Positions 24,643 through 38,780 of a stretch of 64,000 nucleotides of DNA are shown here, piece after piece. The DNA lies in NCBI GenBank assembly GCA_951406725.2, contig OX597823.1, forward strand, positions 37,510,001-37,574,000. The letters are read 5' to 3'. The notes beneath the pieces were generated by a model that saw only the letters and a program-made list of their open reading frames with translations, was not told the DNA's origin and made no database searches. Source of the DNA: Octopus vulgaris (Eukaryota). Numbering within the stretch: the first letter of the stretch is position 1; each line of letters starts with the position of its first letter. Made by a program: the position numbers and the translations under genes.

Positions 24643-26049
24643 AATTCTATTTATATTTGTTTATTATTTGGAACATTTTCTATCCATTGCTCTTTAAATT
24701 TCAACTGATCCGTTTTGAAATATAAAATTTTAAAAATAATAAATGACATTTTTAAGGATCCTACATTAAAACAAACTCCAGGAAACAGTTCCTTCAATTT
24801 TGACAATTCCTTAACAGGTTGCCTAACCTATTTAAAGTACAGATGCTTTCAATAATTATTTGTACACTATTGACACTTAAATCTCTATTTCATTACACTT
24901 GTAATTTAATCTCAGTTTAGTGAAGTATTGTAGTATTAGTTGGAGCATGACAAGCAAATACAATAGAAAGGTGATTTGAGAACAATGTACTTTTTACCTA
25001 TATTTACTTTAAATAAATGACCTCAGGATTTCATACAGTGACAAATATTTTAGTGATCACAATAAAGAGAATGTCACAATGTCATTCTTTCAATGGACCA
25101 TACTTGTTTTCTTCAATTCCAGTCTTTCAAGAAAATACTCAATTCTTTCAATTTGAATTTTGTGATAAATGAACAAACACCTTGTCAAATACTAACGTGT
25201 TTATAGGAAAAGAAAAAGTGTTTAAAATAGCCATCTGTGTGTTATACTTAGTGTAAATACACTGCAAAAAAGCAAATTTACTGCAGTACTTATCTTGAGA
25301 AAATATCATTTCCTATGAACATACTATGTTTAAAAACATGATATATATCAAAGGCAGGCAAACAATGTCCTAGCAGCAAGTAGTGAGAATGCTAGATACA
25401 TTGCTGTCTCATTGGATTTGTTAGTAGCATGTACTCACAGCCTACTGCACACTAAATTGAAATTTGTCACCACTGATATAGGAAAACAGTTATTAGACAA
25501 ACACTGGAATGACAAAAAGTTGCCCAGCTGAATAAAAATCCATTATATGCAACAAAAACAGTATTAGACAAGAATAGCCATCTGTCTATCATAATGTAAA
25601 TATATTGTGAAAAGAGTTTCGTTATATTCACATACAGTGAAAGGCTAATGTAATGGTTTGTTATTTCCTGTTAGTGTGCTATACTTAAATATTCAAATTA
25701 TTTCAACTCTTTGAAATTCAATATATTTTTAAATGTCATACAAAACTTCTTTGACATATCACAGAGTTATTAGATTTTAACAACTTTCATCTCCCTTCAT
25801 TCTTCCTTAGCATGAATGTGATAGCTTTTGTGATCTGAAAATATATATTTCCACAAAAGATGCTCTTGTGACAATTAACCACTTCACTGTGAATTAGAAA
25901 AAGTACTTGATAATTAGTCAGTTAAAATAAAGCCAACAGAGTTTTGTGTCTTTTCCAGTATCGCAACACTGTAGCTGTAGCATTAATGTGTGGAACATAC
26001 CCATATAATCAGTAGTGGCAATGGTAGTGATAAGTATAATTTCATTGCT

Positions 26050-26445
26050 GAGAATCAGGGACCATAGACACATGCACTATTTCCCTCCATCAATTCCTGC
26101 CTCTGGCCAGAGATTTAGTTCATTCTTTGATGTCATCCAACCAGAATCTTTTTGATCTCCACCTTTCATTTCCCCATTTTCCCTCTACAATGTGGGAGTG
26201 GGGTCAAGATTCTGGGCCCTGATGACATACCCAAAATACTGCAGCTTTCTCTTCCTGGTAGTTATCATAAATTCTCTTTCTGATTCCATTTCTTCAAGTA
26301 CTAACTTGTTTGTTCCATGGCCAATCCAGCTGATCCTCAATACTCTTCAATAGCACATTGTTTCGAACGTTTTGAGCTTGGAAGCATTGTTTGCTCTTAA
26401 GGTATAACTTTTACATCCATACAGTAAAACAGTCCAAACTCATGT
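26050..26445 (-). mobile_element. Old RTE/BovB-like LINE 3' fragment
   Basis: Minus-strand remnants VWTVLLYGCKSYTL, FETMCY, LRISW and RKRKLQYFGYV. Confidence 0.7.
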
Positions 26446-27334
26446 CAATGGGCCATTAATGTAACATCTGTTACCCAGCACAATACTACTATTAGAAAAC
26501 AACTGCCCAAGGTACCACATACGAGTCACACCAAGAAGCAAATTTCTTGATCATAATGTTATGCTTGCATTAATGTTTAAATTAATAAAGATAATTCCAT
26601 TCAATTTTATTAAGATACCAAATTAGAAATATTTGGTTGAAAAGAATAAATCTTACAGCAAATTACTAATTCTATCCTTTTTGATGCCAACCAGCCAGAG
26701 ACTGCCCTGAGTTCTATGATACAAACTTCTTGTTTTAAAGTGAAAATCTTACACCAAAATTCCATGTTCCAAACACAAGCTTAATAATGACAAAGTGATA
26801 TTACTAAAGCCCTTAATGTTTCTAAAACTAATTGTATATACCAACAGAAATATAGTAACAAAAGGGTTAAATGCCTCCTCTTCCGGCTCTTAGCTATTTC
26901 TTTAAATATATGTGGTTATTATTATATCTGACAATTAATCAGATCACAGTATGAAATACAAGCTTGCCTTTAACAATCTAAGGATAATCTTGGACATCGT
27001 AAAAACATTGGAAACTATAAAATATAAGAGTAATATTTTAAAGCATTATATAAATGTGGTGACAAAATGTTGGAAAATTCAACACTTCAAGTTTTCATAA
27101 ACAATTCTTTGAATAATTCTATTTTAATTATGTTCATGCATGTATTGGTCCAAGCAGAGGACTTAATAAACTAAAACACATTTTTTCAATCAATACATTT
27201 TTCTAGTATATGCAGTACAATTCCTAATAAAGAAAAGAAGACTGATAAACATTAGCATTATTTCACTACACAAAATAATGTCCCAAAATTTTAAGCCTTC
27301 TGCTTATAGTAGAAAATATTATCATTATTATTAA

Positions 27335-27555
27335 GATGGCAAGCTGGCAGAATTGTTAACATGCTGCGCAAAATGCCCGGGGGCATATCATCCATCTTTA
27401 TGTTCTGAGTTCGAATTCCACCAAAGTCAACTTTGCTTTCATTCTTTTAGGGTCAATAAAATAAATACCAGTCAAGCACTGGTGTCAATGTAATCAACTA
27501 GACCCCTCCACCAAAATTTCAGGCCTTGTGCCTGTTGTAGAAAGGACTATAATTA
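27335..27555 (+). mobile_element. tRNA-type SINE family A copy
   Basis: TGGCAGAATTGTT A-box-like and GTTCGAATTCC B-box, followed by the shared body. Confidence 0.8.
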
Positions 27556-28590
27556 TTATAACAGCTAAGTATCAGCAGATTTTTTTAGCCTCTCTTTGTT
27601 CCAGAATACCAATAACAAATATTACATCACTTTCATAGTTTACAATTAGACCTACATTAGAATGAATCAAACAGATCTCTGATAAATGTACATGAAGAAC
27701 AGGGAACAAACATAATGGTACACAAAAACAAATCACTCATGTTGCTCAACCTTTTCTGCTTTCAAGAAGGTTGGTTAGGGGTAACTATAAAACACCGCTA
27801 CAATTGAATTAATCCAAATGTTTCATGAGGAAATTGCATCTTAGGTAATATTCTGAAAGAAATGTATCGTAGATATTTCCTTGAATATTTCAGTGTTCCC
27901 CAAAATTCTGTGAAAAAATGTTGGGATTTACCAACTGTCTTTTATAATTTAAAAAATATTTTGCATCAGCATGGCTGCAGCTCTGAGCTGAGACTACAGA
28001 AAAAAAAGAAATGATATTTACCATTTCCCAAATATTAAGTTATTTTATATTGTTTTTTTTTATGTATTAATTCTTTCTTTAAATGTCTCATTAAAACAAA
28101 GGTGGTGGCAGGTTGTCTGTAAGCTACAGATATGGGTTCCATCTGTTCAAAATATCATATACACGTTCCATGATAAAATAAGTTTAGGAATCAGAGCACA
28201 ATTCAGTCAGAGTCAGTACTATTAGTTTATTACCAGTCATTTTCATCACATTTTGTTGTCAACAATGAATTTTCTGGAATTTTGTTTTATGCAACAACAA
28301 TTATACAGTAAAGGAATTTGTAATTCATGTAGAATGAATAGAAATGGCACCAACCATTTCAAGATGTCATTAAAACTTTCAAAAGTGATTGGCATGTTGG
28401 TAATGAACCAACCAGAGAATGACTCCAGTTATTTGCATTGTTATAAACTGAACAATGCAAACTCTGTTCTGTACACAATTTGTTGCTTTTATCTTTACAT
28501 TAAACCATCATGTTAATTTGAGCAAGATGAAGGTTTGGTTGTGCAAATTTCCATAAATCCAAGAAAAATGGCCAGGAAAATGGTGTTTAA

Positions 28591-28811
28591 CCCTTTCAAT
28601 ACCAACCTGGCTGAAACCACCTCTGACTTTGTGGTACAAATGTCTTGTTTTTATAAGTTTTTAATTAAAATCTTCCACTAAACCTTAGTCACAATTTATG
28701 TTCTTAACACTAGCTTAATGATAATGAATTTATTTTATTAAATTCTTTGTTATATTAAAATTAATTAAAAGAAACACAGAGTATCACAGCAGAAATATGA
28801 TAACAAAAGGG
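28591..28811. mobile_element. piggyBac-like MITE (221 bp)
   Basis: TTAA|CCCTTT...AAAGGG|TTAA ends. Related copies at about 20390-20605, 26675-26868 and 48690-48883. Confidence 0.8.
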
Positions 28812-29129
28812 TTAAATCTAGATGATAGCCTTCCTACAGTTCTAACAATTCGACTGAAAAATGGAATTGAGAAATTGGCAAACAAAGTGTACTTTGTCTC
28901 CTGTGAGCACAGTGGAAAGGCTGTAACAAAGTACAAATGTATTTATAAGTTACCATTTCAACTGTGTGGAAAATAATGGTGCAACAAACATAGCTTGGCT
29001 CAGATCTATAGTCACACATTCACATCTTGACACAATAACATCACATCAATTTTGACAATATGTGTGTGTGTGTGCATGTTATTGTTATTAAGCTAGTACA
29101 TGCTAATTTAACTAGCAGCAATCTTATCT

Positions 29130-30005
29130 AGAGGTTTGGTGACAAGTCCCCTCAAATCTCAAGAATCATCCTTGGGAATCTGGCAGAATATAAGACTGTT
29201 TTCCTGCACGTTGATAATCCAAGTTTCAATTCCAGCCTCTTTCAATCTTTTAGGTAGCACTTTTGGTGTTTGTGTCAAGTGCATCAGTTACCACAGGAAT
29301 AATTGTTATCTTAGTTTCCAACAGTCTAGATCCTGATATTTCTCAAGTTTTTCAATTTCTTTGATATCAACTGCTATCATAGGGAATTGCAAAATATGAT
29401 CTTACACTGTTTGTTTTGTCTTCTATAATCATATCTAGTCTTGTTTCAATAATATGGTCAGATCCTGTAATTCACATTTTCTATCACAGCTGCCAGTTCA
29501 TGTTCATACAAAGTTCCTGTTATTTTGAAGCCACACACTCAGCTAACATCCCAATGCACAATCATGTCTGTGCTTATACCCACCCACCCCTTCTGTACTA
29601 GCAGACTGCACTTGCTCAAGAAGTGACTGATACTTTTGTCACCTTTCCTGCAGATTCTACATTTGCTGTCTAGATTATGTCAATCTTTACCTTTATCAGA
29701 TCTGTTCTATTGGCTTGTTCCTGAGGAGCTATAATTAGTGTTTTGGGCTCTCATTTCATGTCCCCATCCATCAACTAGAGACAAACTTGGTATGTTGCAT
29801 GAAATGGCCATGTAATTCCATTTCTTTGTTTGCTTAATCTATTGTTCTTCCTTTTTGTGTTTGAATTCTCCAACTGTTTAAGTCACTTTATGGGTATCTG
29901 GCTGCTGACAGCATTCTTACTTTACTCTGCACAACACAATTTTTCAAACCCAATATAACTGTATTAATAATGTTTTCTGCATTCAGTAATTTTCTACCGT
30001 CTTTT
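29130..30005 (-). mobile_element. Very decayed R4/Dong-like (restriction-like endonuclease) LINE 3' part
   Basis: Minus-strand remnants APQEQA, CRIC..SISHFLSKC, YKHRHD and KEIEKLEKYQDL. Confidence 0.65.
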
Positions 30006-30694
30006 TTCTTAGTAGTTACTATTATTATTATTATTATGGTGAACTGGCACATTGGACAAAATGCTTAATGTTATTCTTCTAGCTTTCATCCTTTTGGGGT
30101 TGCTAAAAGTACCAACCAAGTACAGGGAGTTAATGTAAATGACTTATCCCTTCCCCTCTAAAATTGCTGGCCTTGTACCAAAATCTGAGAGTAATATAAT
30201 TATGAATCAGTAGAAGGAAGTTACAAAGTGATTCAGGAGCAAAGGTTTTGTGCATGACACATGGATAAGTGCCATGCAGGAAACTCTTTGTAACATCTGC
30301 CAATAAAAATAACGAAACATATAGTATTATATTGCGTTCTATCAGTTTTGTTGGTGTGTGTGTGTCTGTGCGCACACGCATGGTTGTGCCTGTGTGTGTT
30401 TTTTTTTTTGCAGATAGAGGCATGAGAAAAATTGCACAACTAAACTAGAGACTCTTTTACTGGTTCCAGACACCGTGCTCTGGTTACACTGCAGCACTGT
30501 CATCAAACTGTTCAAATTATGAGATGTCAACTTTACCATGCAACAGACTAGACTGATAACATATTTATGGTGGTGGGCCTGCATCTTACTTGCTAATGTT
30601 TAGGAGACTAATTCCATGCCAAAGGATTGGTAGGAGGAGTATTACTTGATTATGATGAGTGGTTTTATAATGTAGGAAGAGATTTTAATAGAAA

Positions 30695-31850
30695 TCATCA
30701 TTTAATGTCTGTTTTCCATGCTGGCATGGGTTGGATGATTTGACAGGAGCTGGTAAGGCAAGGGGTAGCACTAGGCTCCATTGTCTGTTTAGGCATGTTT
30801 CTATGGCTGGATTGCCTTCTTAATGCCAAACACTGTACAGAGTGTACTGGATGCTTTCTACATGGCATCATCACTGGTACTTTTTACATGACATCAGTGC
30901 TGACAAACTTGTCAGGCACCCCCTGCCTCCAGATGGGAGGTGGGGCTTTGTGCCAGTTGATGAAAGATTAAAAGTGTAGAGGGACAGGGGTACGTGTCCT
31001 GCTGTAGAGTAGATACATGAATACTTCAGTTGAAAAAAAAAAGAACAAGTTAGAGAGAAAGATAAAGAGAGCAAAAATGAGAGAGACAGTGGTGAAGACG
31101 TGTTGGGACATACCCTCGAGGGGCACTGGGGTGGTGAGAATAAGTGGGGTGATGCAGAGGTTTGGACTAATTGGGTGGGCAGGGTAGGGGCAACTGATGC
31201 AAACGAGGGAGTGAAATATAGGAGAGGCTCAGGAGTGGGGATTGTAGTAGGTATATGGGGGCATTGAAGTTAATAGCAGATAAGCGAGGTGTTAAAGATG
31301 GAGAACAACATGGGAGAGAAGACACAAATAAGCATTAGCCAAGGTGGTTTAGGATATCAATTCTGCTGTGGTGGACAGGTCTTCACAAGTACAGCAAGGT
31401 GCCAGAGACCTTGATCCTTTGTCATCTCCTTTGTAAGACTCAGTGTCTTCAGATCAGCTTTCATCCCATGTCTTCCTGGGTCTCCCTCTTCCATGAGTTC
31501 TCCACTTTCAAGTCAATGACACTTCTTTATATAACCATACACATCACATGACAAAACTAGCAGTCTTCTCTCTTGTACACTGCATATAATTCCTCTTATG
31601 CATAACTTTTCTCTCAATACACTGGTGCTCTGTCACACACATTCACTGACATTGCATATCCAGTGCATTCAAGGCCCACATCTCACTACCATGTAGCATT
31701 GCTGTTCATATACATGCATCATAGAATTTTCCTTTAACTTGGAGAGAGAGCCCATTGGTTGCCAACAGAAGTAAAAGCTTTCAGAATTTTCTCCATCCTA
31801 TTCTTATTATAATGATTACACTTTCTGTAGATCCTCATGCAATTATCATC
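30695..31850 (-). mobile_element. Old RTE subfamily 3' part
   Basis: Coding remnant (MLHGSE, RGRPRKTW) at 31380-31820 plus the shared terminal sequence at 30695-30900. Confidence 0.7.
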
Positions 31851-34800
31851 CCTAAAACAGAATAAAATTCCATTCCCTAGGAGAGAACTTACACATATTT
31901 ATGGCCTTGCTTAAATCAATTAGTCAAATATAAAAAAAATAGTAATAAAGAAAGAAACTAAAATCAAAAGCATCCAATAATTGAAGAAATAAAATAAAAT
32001 TGTTGAAATAATTTCAGTTTGGATTAGTCTCAGACATTGCATTACAATGAGATTGTCCGTTATTTTCAGTGGAAGGGTCTAAAAAGTTTCACCAAGTGAG
32101 CAAACTATGAAGTTACATTGGAATACAGTATTGGACGATAGTCTAAACTCAGATGATTACTGTCTGGCTGTCAAATTTGTACTATTATGTAAAAGAGTTG
32201 AGCATAGATCAAGGCTTGTTTACATTTAATAGTCTTCAACTACTACTATGGCTCAGAATCTTGGAAAGGAGAGTTAAGTGGATTGTAAACAAGTTGTTCA
32301 GTAACAATGAAATGAGTTAATTCAATCCTAATCTGAAGCTGCTGAAAAGGCCATCATGGAGCCTAATTTCACCACTTGACTAAATACACTTAGATGGGAT
32401 TCCTTATATATTCAACAATAGTTGACAGTACTTTGAGTAATGTTAGGGTAAAGGAAAATAACCAAAAAAATTCTGATGGTGCTAACTGGTTGCAACCAAC
32501 AACTAAACACTAACTGCTCTTTTTTGTACTGACAGAAATAATCGTCTCTCCAGAATTTCATACAACAATAAACAGTCTGGTTCCTAGTTAAAATTATGTC
32601 TAGAAAACTGGGCAAGAATAAGAATAAACAAAGAGAATTAGAAAGCAAGCCAGAATAATTTACATTAAAAAATTCTAGATTTCAAAGAGATAAATGTTGG
32701 CAAAATTGTCACTTTAAGATTGAGGTATGTTAGAGTGTGATGAAGACAAATAGTTAAATGAAAGGCTTTGATTAAAAGATTACTATATAAGATGCAGACA
32801 GCCAACCAGTTAACTAGACCATGAAAACTGGCAGATACAGACTAGTAGACAGAGAGTAAACAAGGCTTGGCAGATAGAAAAACTGGATATGGTCGAGTAA
32901 GTGACTTATGTGGTATTTTACATTGGATCACACAAACAGAGCTTGCTATTTCCTAAATAGCATATCCAGACAAGAAGTCATTACATCCATAAAACACAAT
33001 AAACTTGAGGATTTATCAAAATCCCACTGCAAATAATACTCCAGGTCTCTAAAGATAAAACCACTTTAATCCAACCCAAGTTAAATGTGGTCTTCTTCAA
33101 GATTGCACCTGATAAGTAAAACGGTTTGCTGACACACAAATCCAAATATCAGGCAATACTTATTTCTTAATTGGTTCAATTGAAACAGGTACTGAACTGA
33201 TTAGAAACCATTGTATGTGGGGGAAGGAGGGAGTGTAATCAAGAGACAAACACTTTAAACATTCAGCCTTTAATTCTTAATGTCATCATCATCATCATCA
33301 TTGTTTTCATGTCTTCTTTTCCATGCCTGCATGAATTCAGAATTTACTGAGGCAAATCTTCTGCAGCCCTTCCCATTGCTAATCTAACACCCATTTTCAG
33401 GTAAGTGATATTTCTCATGGCCAGACATGCTTTTGTAGAATGTTAGAAATGAATGACACAGCTGGTATGACAGTAACACTCAAAAGCATCACATGATACT
33501 AAGACAAGAAAACTCACATGTGCATGTGTGATGCACGTCTTCCAGTTTTTGTCTCCTAAATCCACTCATAAGGACTTAGTTGGCCAGAGCTATAAGTAGA
33601 AGACACATGCCTAAGATGCCACTGAGTGGTACCTTGAAACCATGTGGCTGGAAAGCAAACTTTTTAACCACACAGCCACGCCTATTCTTGCAGCTAAGAA
33701 AACATTTGTGTGTGTATTCCTACGTCTGGTATATGTTTATGGGAGAGAAAGAAACTTCCAAAATATGCTGAGTTGTATGGAGATCCCTTGAAGACGTAGA
33801 GAAAACTAGCTTTGCAAATCCTATTGTCCACCCCAAAGGGAATTCAATTTCAACTCAGCACTACAAGTTGCAGAAAAAAAGTAAAAAAACTTGTATAAGT
33901 ATACAATACTCTTGCTGTTCACAGACATGTTTGGAAAATAGTGGAAATACACTTAGTATGTATCATCATCACCACCACCACCACTACTACCACATCTTCA
34001 TCAACATTTTGATTTCCACTTTTCCACATTTGCAGAGATCAGGTAAAACTTGCTGAGACTGATTTTTCTACTGCAGATACTCTTGCTTGCACATCAACAC
34101 AAAAGGAATACACATACATATGCCACCCCACCATACAATGAAGCTATTTCTATCAACCACATTTCACTCACAAGACAATGATCAATATGAACCTATAGTA
34201 AAAGATAGCAGTGACCATGCAGTAGACAAATGAACTCAGAACCGCCTGGTACCAAGCAAACTTTGTAATTACATGACCAAAGGATCTGAAACTATTGCAT
34301 CTCACTGCAAGTAATACTCCATGTCCCTAAAGATAAGACCATGTTAATCTTGCATTTAGAAATATGGAAGAGATTTCTTTAAATTAGGGTAGTTGTGTTT
34401 TAATCCAATTCTTTATCCATTGAAAGGAAACATATATCATGTTGGTTTCAGTGATGACCACTTAATTGCTCAATCAACAAAACCACCTATTTATTAAATC
34501 ACCACACACACACACATATACTATTCCACAGACACTTTAATGTAATTGTGAGGGAGAATGAATGTGAAACAGTAATGACAATATATGAATTACAGGTACA
34601 ATCCTTTTGTTGGGCTGTCTAAGTTTTGTTTACAAAGTTTGGCTTTGATGTGAACCTATGGTAAAAACTCTTGCCCAAGATATCAGGTGGTAGGATCCAA
34701 ACCCAGAACCTCATCATTGACAAAGAGACTTTTTAACCACTCAGCCTTGCCTGCAACTCTTAGGAGAATTTATACCACCAACAACCAGTTCTCATGATAA

Positions 34801-35027
34801 ATGACTGTGTAAGAAAGAGAAAAGGTAAGAATATACAAGTGAAAATTTGGAAGAAGAGAGTACAAGAAGGTATGTAGGAAAGAGTGAGCTACCAAATGAG
34901 AAAAGCAAAACAGTGTGGGAATTAATGTACATATTCTCTTCTATTTATAAACTTACTCTTCCACATTTCCTTTTTCAAGTTACTGAAATAACAATAGTTA
35001 AATTTGGCTTGTTAAATGAATACTTAC

Positions 35028-35246
35028 CAGTGTGTTCAGCCCATTTTACAAACAAATTGGCATCATTTGGTGTCCAGTTTTGGCTAGAACCATGCTTCCA
35101 AGGAATGCGGAAGATTTTCTTCTTTTTATCAATCCAATGCAAGCCTGGAATGTCTCCAACATTCAGAAGTCTACTCAACCAGGGTCGCATACGTTCACGT
35201 TCCACAGGACGTACTCCTCTCCGTTTAACAGCTGGTTTGGCAATCT
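35028..35246 (-). CDS. IRF: IRF1/2-like exon 2, first part of the IRF DNA-binding domain
   Basis: Acceptor TTGACTTACAG| and donor ACTG|GTAAGT. Encodes RPVERERMRPWL...IPGLHWIDKKKKIFRIPWKHGSSQNW...LFVKWAEHTG, the IRF tryptophan-repeat domain (compare IRF2 MPVERMRMRPWL). Confidence 0.96.
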
Positions 35247-36379
35247 CTGTAAGTCAAATAAAAATTGTTAAAGAGACTGTTGTAAACATTCACTTCAGAG
35301 CTGCCTGTTTTTACATTCTGATATAGAATGGACAGATGCTGAGATTAATCTTAACACACAAAGATGTATTGTAACAGTTACCAAAGTCTTATTCCTCTAT
35401 AAAATATTCTAAATTTCCAAGTTCCAACCTACAAACATTCTACTCCCAACACTCCACAGACTCCCTTCCACCACCCCCACACCTAATGTCTGCCCACCTG
35501 AGCACTCAGGTTATGAAGTCAATCATTTCTCATGAATAAATCAAACATTTAAACATTTGCTTCAGTTATCAAAGATCAGAAACTATTATGCGTTCACTTG
35601 ACCTGCTTGAAATAGTAACCAAATCTCCTGCTACTATCTTAAAAAGGAAAAGACACAATAGAGACACACATGGTCAGGGCCTACATTAATGACTTGCAGC
35701 TAAGCAACAGAAGCTATCAATGTTAACAACTTGTTGTCATGGTGCCGTTATAATAGGGTACCACTGCCTTATGTCTTGTGTCAAGGCACAAACAAATAAT
35801 TAATACTTTGAGGAAAAGATTATGATTCTGCTGGAGATGAGAAATTCAAGATCTGTTAAGTGATTTCAAATTTCGATAAGGTTGTAGCTTGTAAAGTCTA
35901 AATCATAGAACTGCAAATTCTTAATGTTTGAATTGCAGGAGCTGAAACATGAATAAAAGAATGCAATAATTTAAGAGCCTGAAAACAACCTAAAAACATG
36001 ACACATTTGCTGTGATTTTACATCAAAAAACCAATACAAAATCTTCTAGTATGTTAAAAAAAAAAAAAAAAACCAAAATATCAGATTAAATGTCTTTATA
36101 CAATCTATTGTAACCAAAGCTTACACTGAAATGTTCTGAATTCCACTAATACATTTTAACCAAAGGATGGCTAGAGGGAGAGGAAATGGGTCACAGAGAA
36201 AGGAGAATAAGAAGAGCTAGAGGGAGAGAAAATGGAGCCACAGAGGAAGGAGAGAAAGAGAGGCTAGAAGGAAAGGAAGTGGGATCACAAGTGAAAGAAT
36301 TCAATAGACACAACTAAAGAGTTGTCAAGATTTGTTCAGCATAAAGTCCAATACTTAAGTCTCTGCCATAATAATAAAA

Positions 36380-36940
36380 GTAATCCTTTCTACAATAGGC
36401 ATAAAGCCTGAAATTTGGGGGAAGGAGGCTAGATGATTACATCAACTCTAATATTCAACAGGTACTCACTGGATGAAAGGCAAAATTGACCTTACAGAAT
36501 TTGAACTCAGAACACAGAGACAGACAAAATGCCGATTACCATTCTGTCAGGTGTGCAAACAATTCTATGCCTGCTGACTACCACCAATATTAATTGTTTC
36601 TAATTTTATCATAAGGGTAGAAATTTTAAGAAGATGATATACCAACCTCACTGCTTAACTGGTAAATTATTTTATCAACTGTGAAAAGGTGAAAAGCAAA
36701 ATTGATTTCAGTGGGATCTGAACTTAGAATGCTAAGTGCCAGAAGAAATGCTGCTAATGTGGCCTAATGTGCTAACAATCTTGCCAGTTTTCTGCCTTAA
36801 TAATAATCCTTTCTACTAAAGGCACAGTGCCTGAAATTTTGTGGGAGGGGACAGTTGATTAGATCAACTCCAGTGTTCAACTGGTACTTAATTTATCAAC
36901 CCCAAAAGGATGAAACACGAATTCGACAACTGGAATTTGA
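36380..36940 (-). mobile_element. Cluster of inverted SINE family A fragments
   Basis: Repeated GAATTTGAACTCAGAA and CTGGTACTTAATTTATCAACCCC blocks. Confidence 0.65.
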
Positions 36941-36984
36941 AGTAAGATCGGAGCAACCAACAGTAATAATAACGGTTTCTTTAC

Positions 36985-38780
36985 TAACCACAAGGGTGGC
37001 CCGTTTACTTGCACCATTCTCCCCACCTTCCAGAAACTGGCTAGAAGACAACACTTCCCTCTCTACCCATATTTTCCTTTTCAAGTGAAATTTGAAGTCC
37101 ATCAGGGACTGGTCGAAGAGAAAAGTGTTTGTCTTCAGCCCTTTCAATCTCCTCCACCGTACAACTTCATTTGTCATGGCCACCAGGCATTTAAACACAG
37201 CCTTTCCTTCCCAGTTAAAGGAAAGCAGCAGGGTGATCTTCATGATGGATTCAGTTGACAGCTGGATCCGTCCTAGACATGACAGCAGGTGTTTGACATA
37301 AGCCCACAGGTCAGCAATGCTCAGGTACTGGACAGATGCATGCAGGACTGATTTGTCATCCAGCACACATCTTAGATATGCCTAGTTGACGGCACTTCTG
37401 TGCCTATAAAATTTATTTTGAACAGGCAAAGCTCCCCAGTAGTATTGCCAGGCCAGACACTTTTGGAAATTATCCACCAGTCCCAGGCCAAAAGTCCTCC
37501 AGAAAAGAGCGGCTAGCTGATCTTCTTCGATGCCCAAGGTCTCCCCAAGAACATCATTCCAATTTTCCTCCGCTAATCCTCTACAAAAAGCTAAAGTGGA
37601 TGTTCCACCTATCGCACTGTCCTATTGGCTGAGGACTGAGTGCTTGAAGATGTTCCACTTTCCAAATGTTCCCCTTTAGTCTGTTCTACCCAGGACTGCA
37701 GCTCCATTAAAGAAATTAGCTGTGGAAATATGTGTCTGGCAAACAGTGACCACACCTGTTCACTGTCGAGGAAGCACTGGAGACGACGTAGCCTCAGTGC
37801 ATGTCTGTGCATCATCAACCTGAATCACCAAGCAGCAGGTGCTAACAGCACATAGACTGCCTGACCATCACGACATGTCCCTTCCACAAGAAGGAGAGTA
37901 TATTCTCCAGCATAATCAGACAATGGCCAGGACAAGGCATGGCAGTCAAGCAATAGATGACAGACGCAATATACGCGTTAGCTACCTCTGCCTGACTTTT
38001 CAGGGATAGCTTTTTCTCAGCCCATTTCTGAGTGAAAGTAGTCACCCTGCTCACTACCACATCCCAGCTTTTGTCCATCTGGAGCTCCAGACTGAACTAG
38101 ACCTCAAGCAATTTAACTGGTTCATCCATCTAGTGCCCAATAATGCAGTTGGACAGCATGGATTTGCTTCTCAAGGTGCCAAGTCCACTGATTTTTCCTA
38201 GTTAATTGTCTTATCCTGAAACCACTCCATAGTCCCTAAGAGCAGTGCCAATCATTTCTGTGTGTTTATGATCTGACACCACTATGGTGACGTCGTTGGC
38301 ATATGCCAATACACATCTCCCACATCCTAGGTCATGTGGGATGCCTCTCAATGTCTCCATTTTATGTAGTAGTGGTTCAAGGGTCAGTGCATACATGAAA
38401 CAAGAGTGGGCAACCTTGCTGGACCAAGTAGATGATGTTGAACAGCTCTGAGAGGTGACCATTCACTCTGACCACTGAACAGATGTCGCTGTGCATTGCT
38501 GCAATCCAGCCCCTGAATACAGGCCTGAAAACCAGCTGCCTTGAGGACTGCTGCCAGGTATAGATGGTCAACCTTATCAAAAGCTTTAGACTGATCTAAA
38601 TTGATCAGAGTCCCATCTGTGCCAAGTTCTTTAGCCACTTTCTCAATTATGTATCGCATGAGGTGGAAGTTGCCATGGATGCATCTTTATGGGGTGCCTT
38701 CCCTACCAAATTCCTGACAAGAAGTGATAACCTCATAGCTAGCACATGGGCCAAAATTTTGAACTCAGCATTCAGTAGAG
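36985..38780 (-). mobile_element. Decayed L1/Tx1-clade LINE (RT to C-terminal zinc knuckle)
   Basis: LLNAEFKILA, LDQSKAFDKVDH, QGCPL, YANDV and ESVLHA-like remnants. Truncated at the Gypsy junction. Confidence 0.85.

Noticed and set aside
34847-35326. 159-aa plus-strand ORF (also 17116-17481)
   Set aside because: Antisense shadows of IRF exons.
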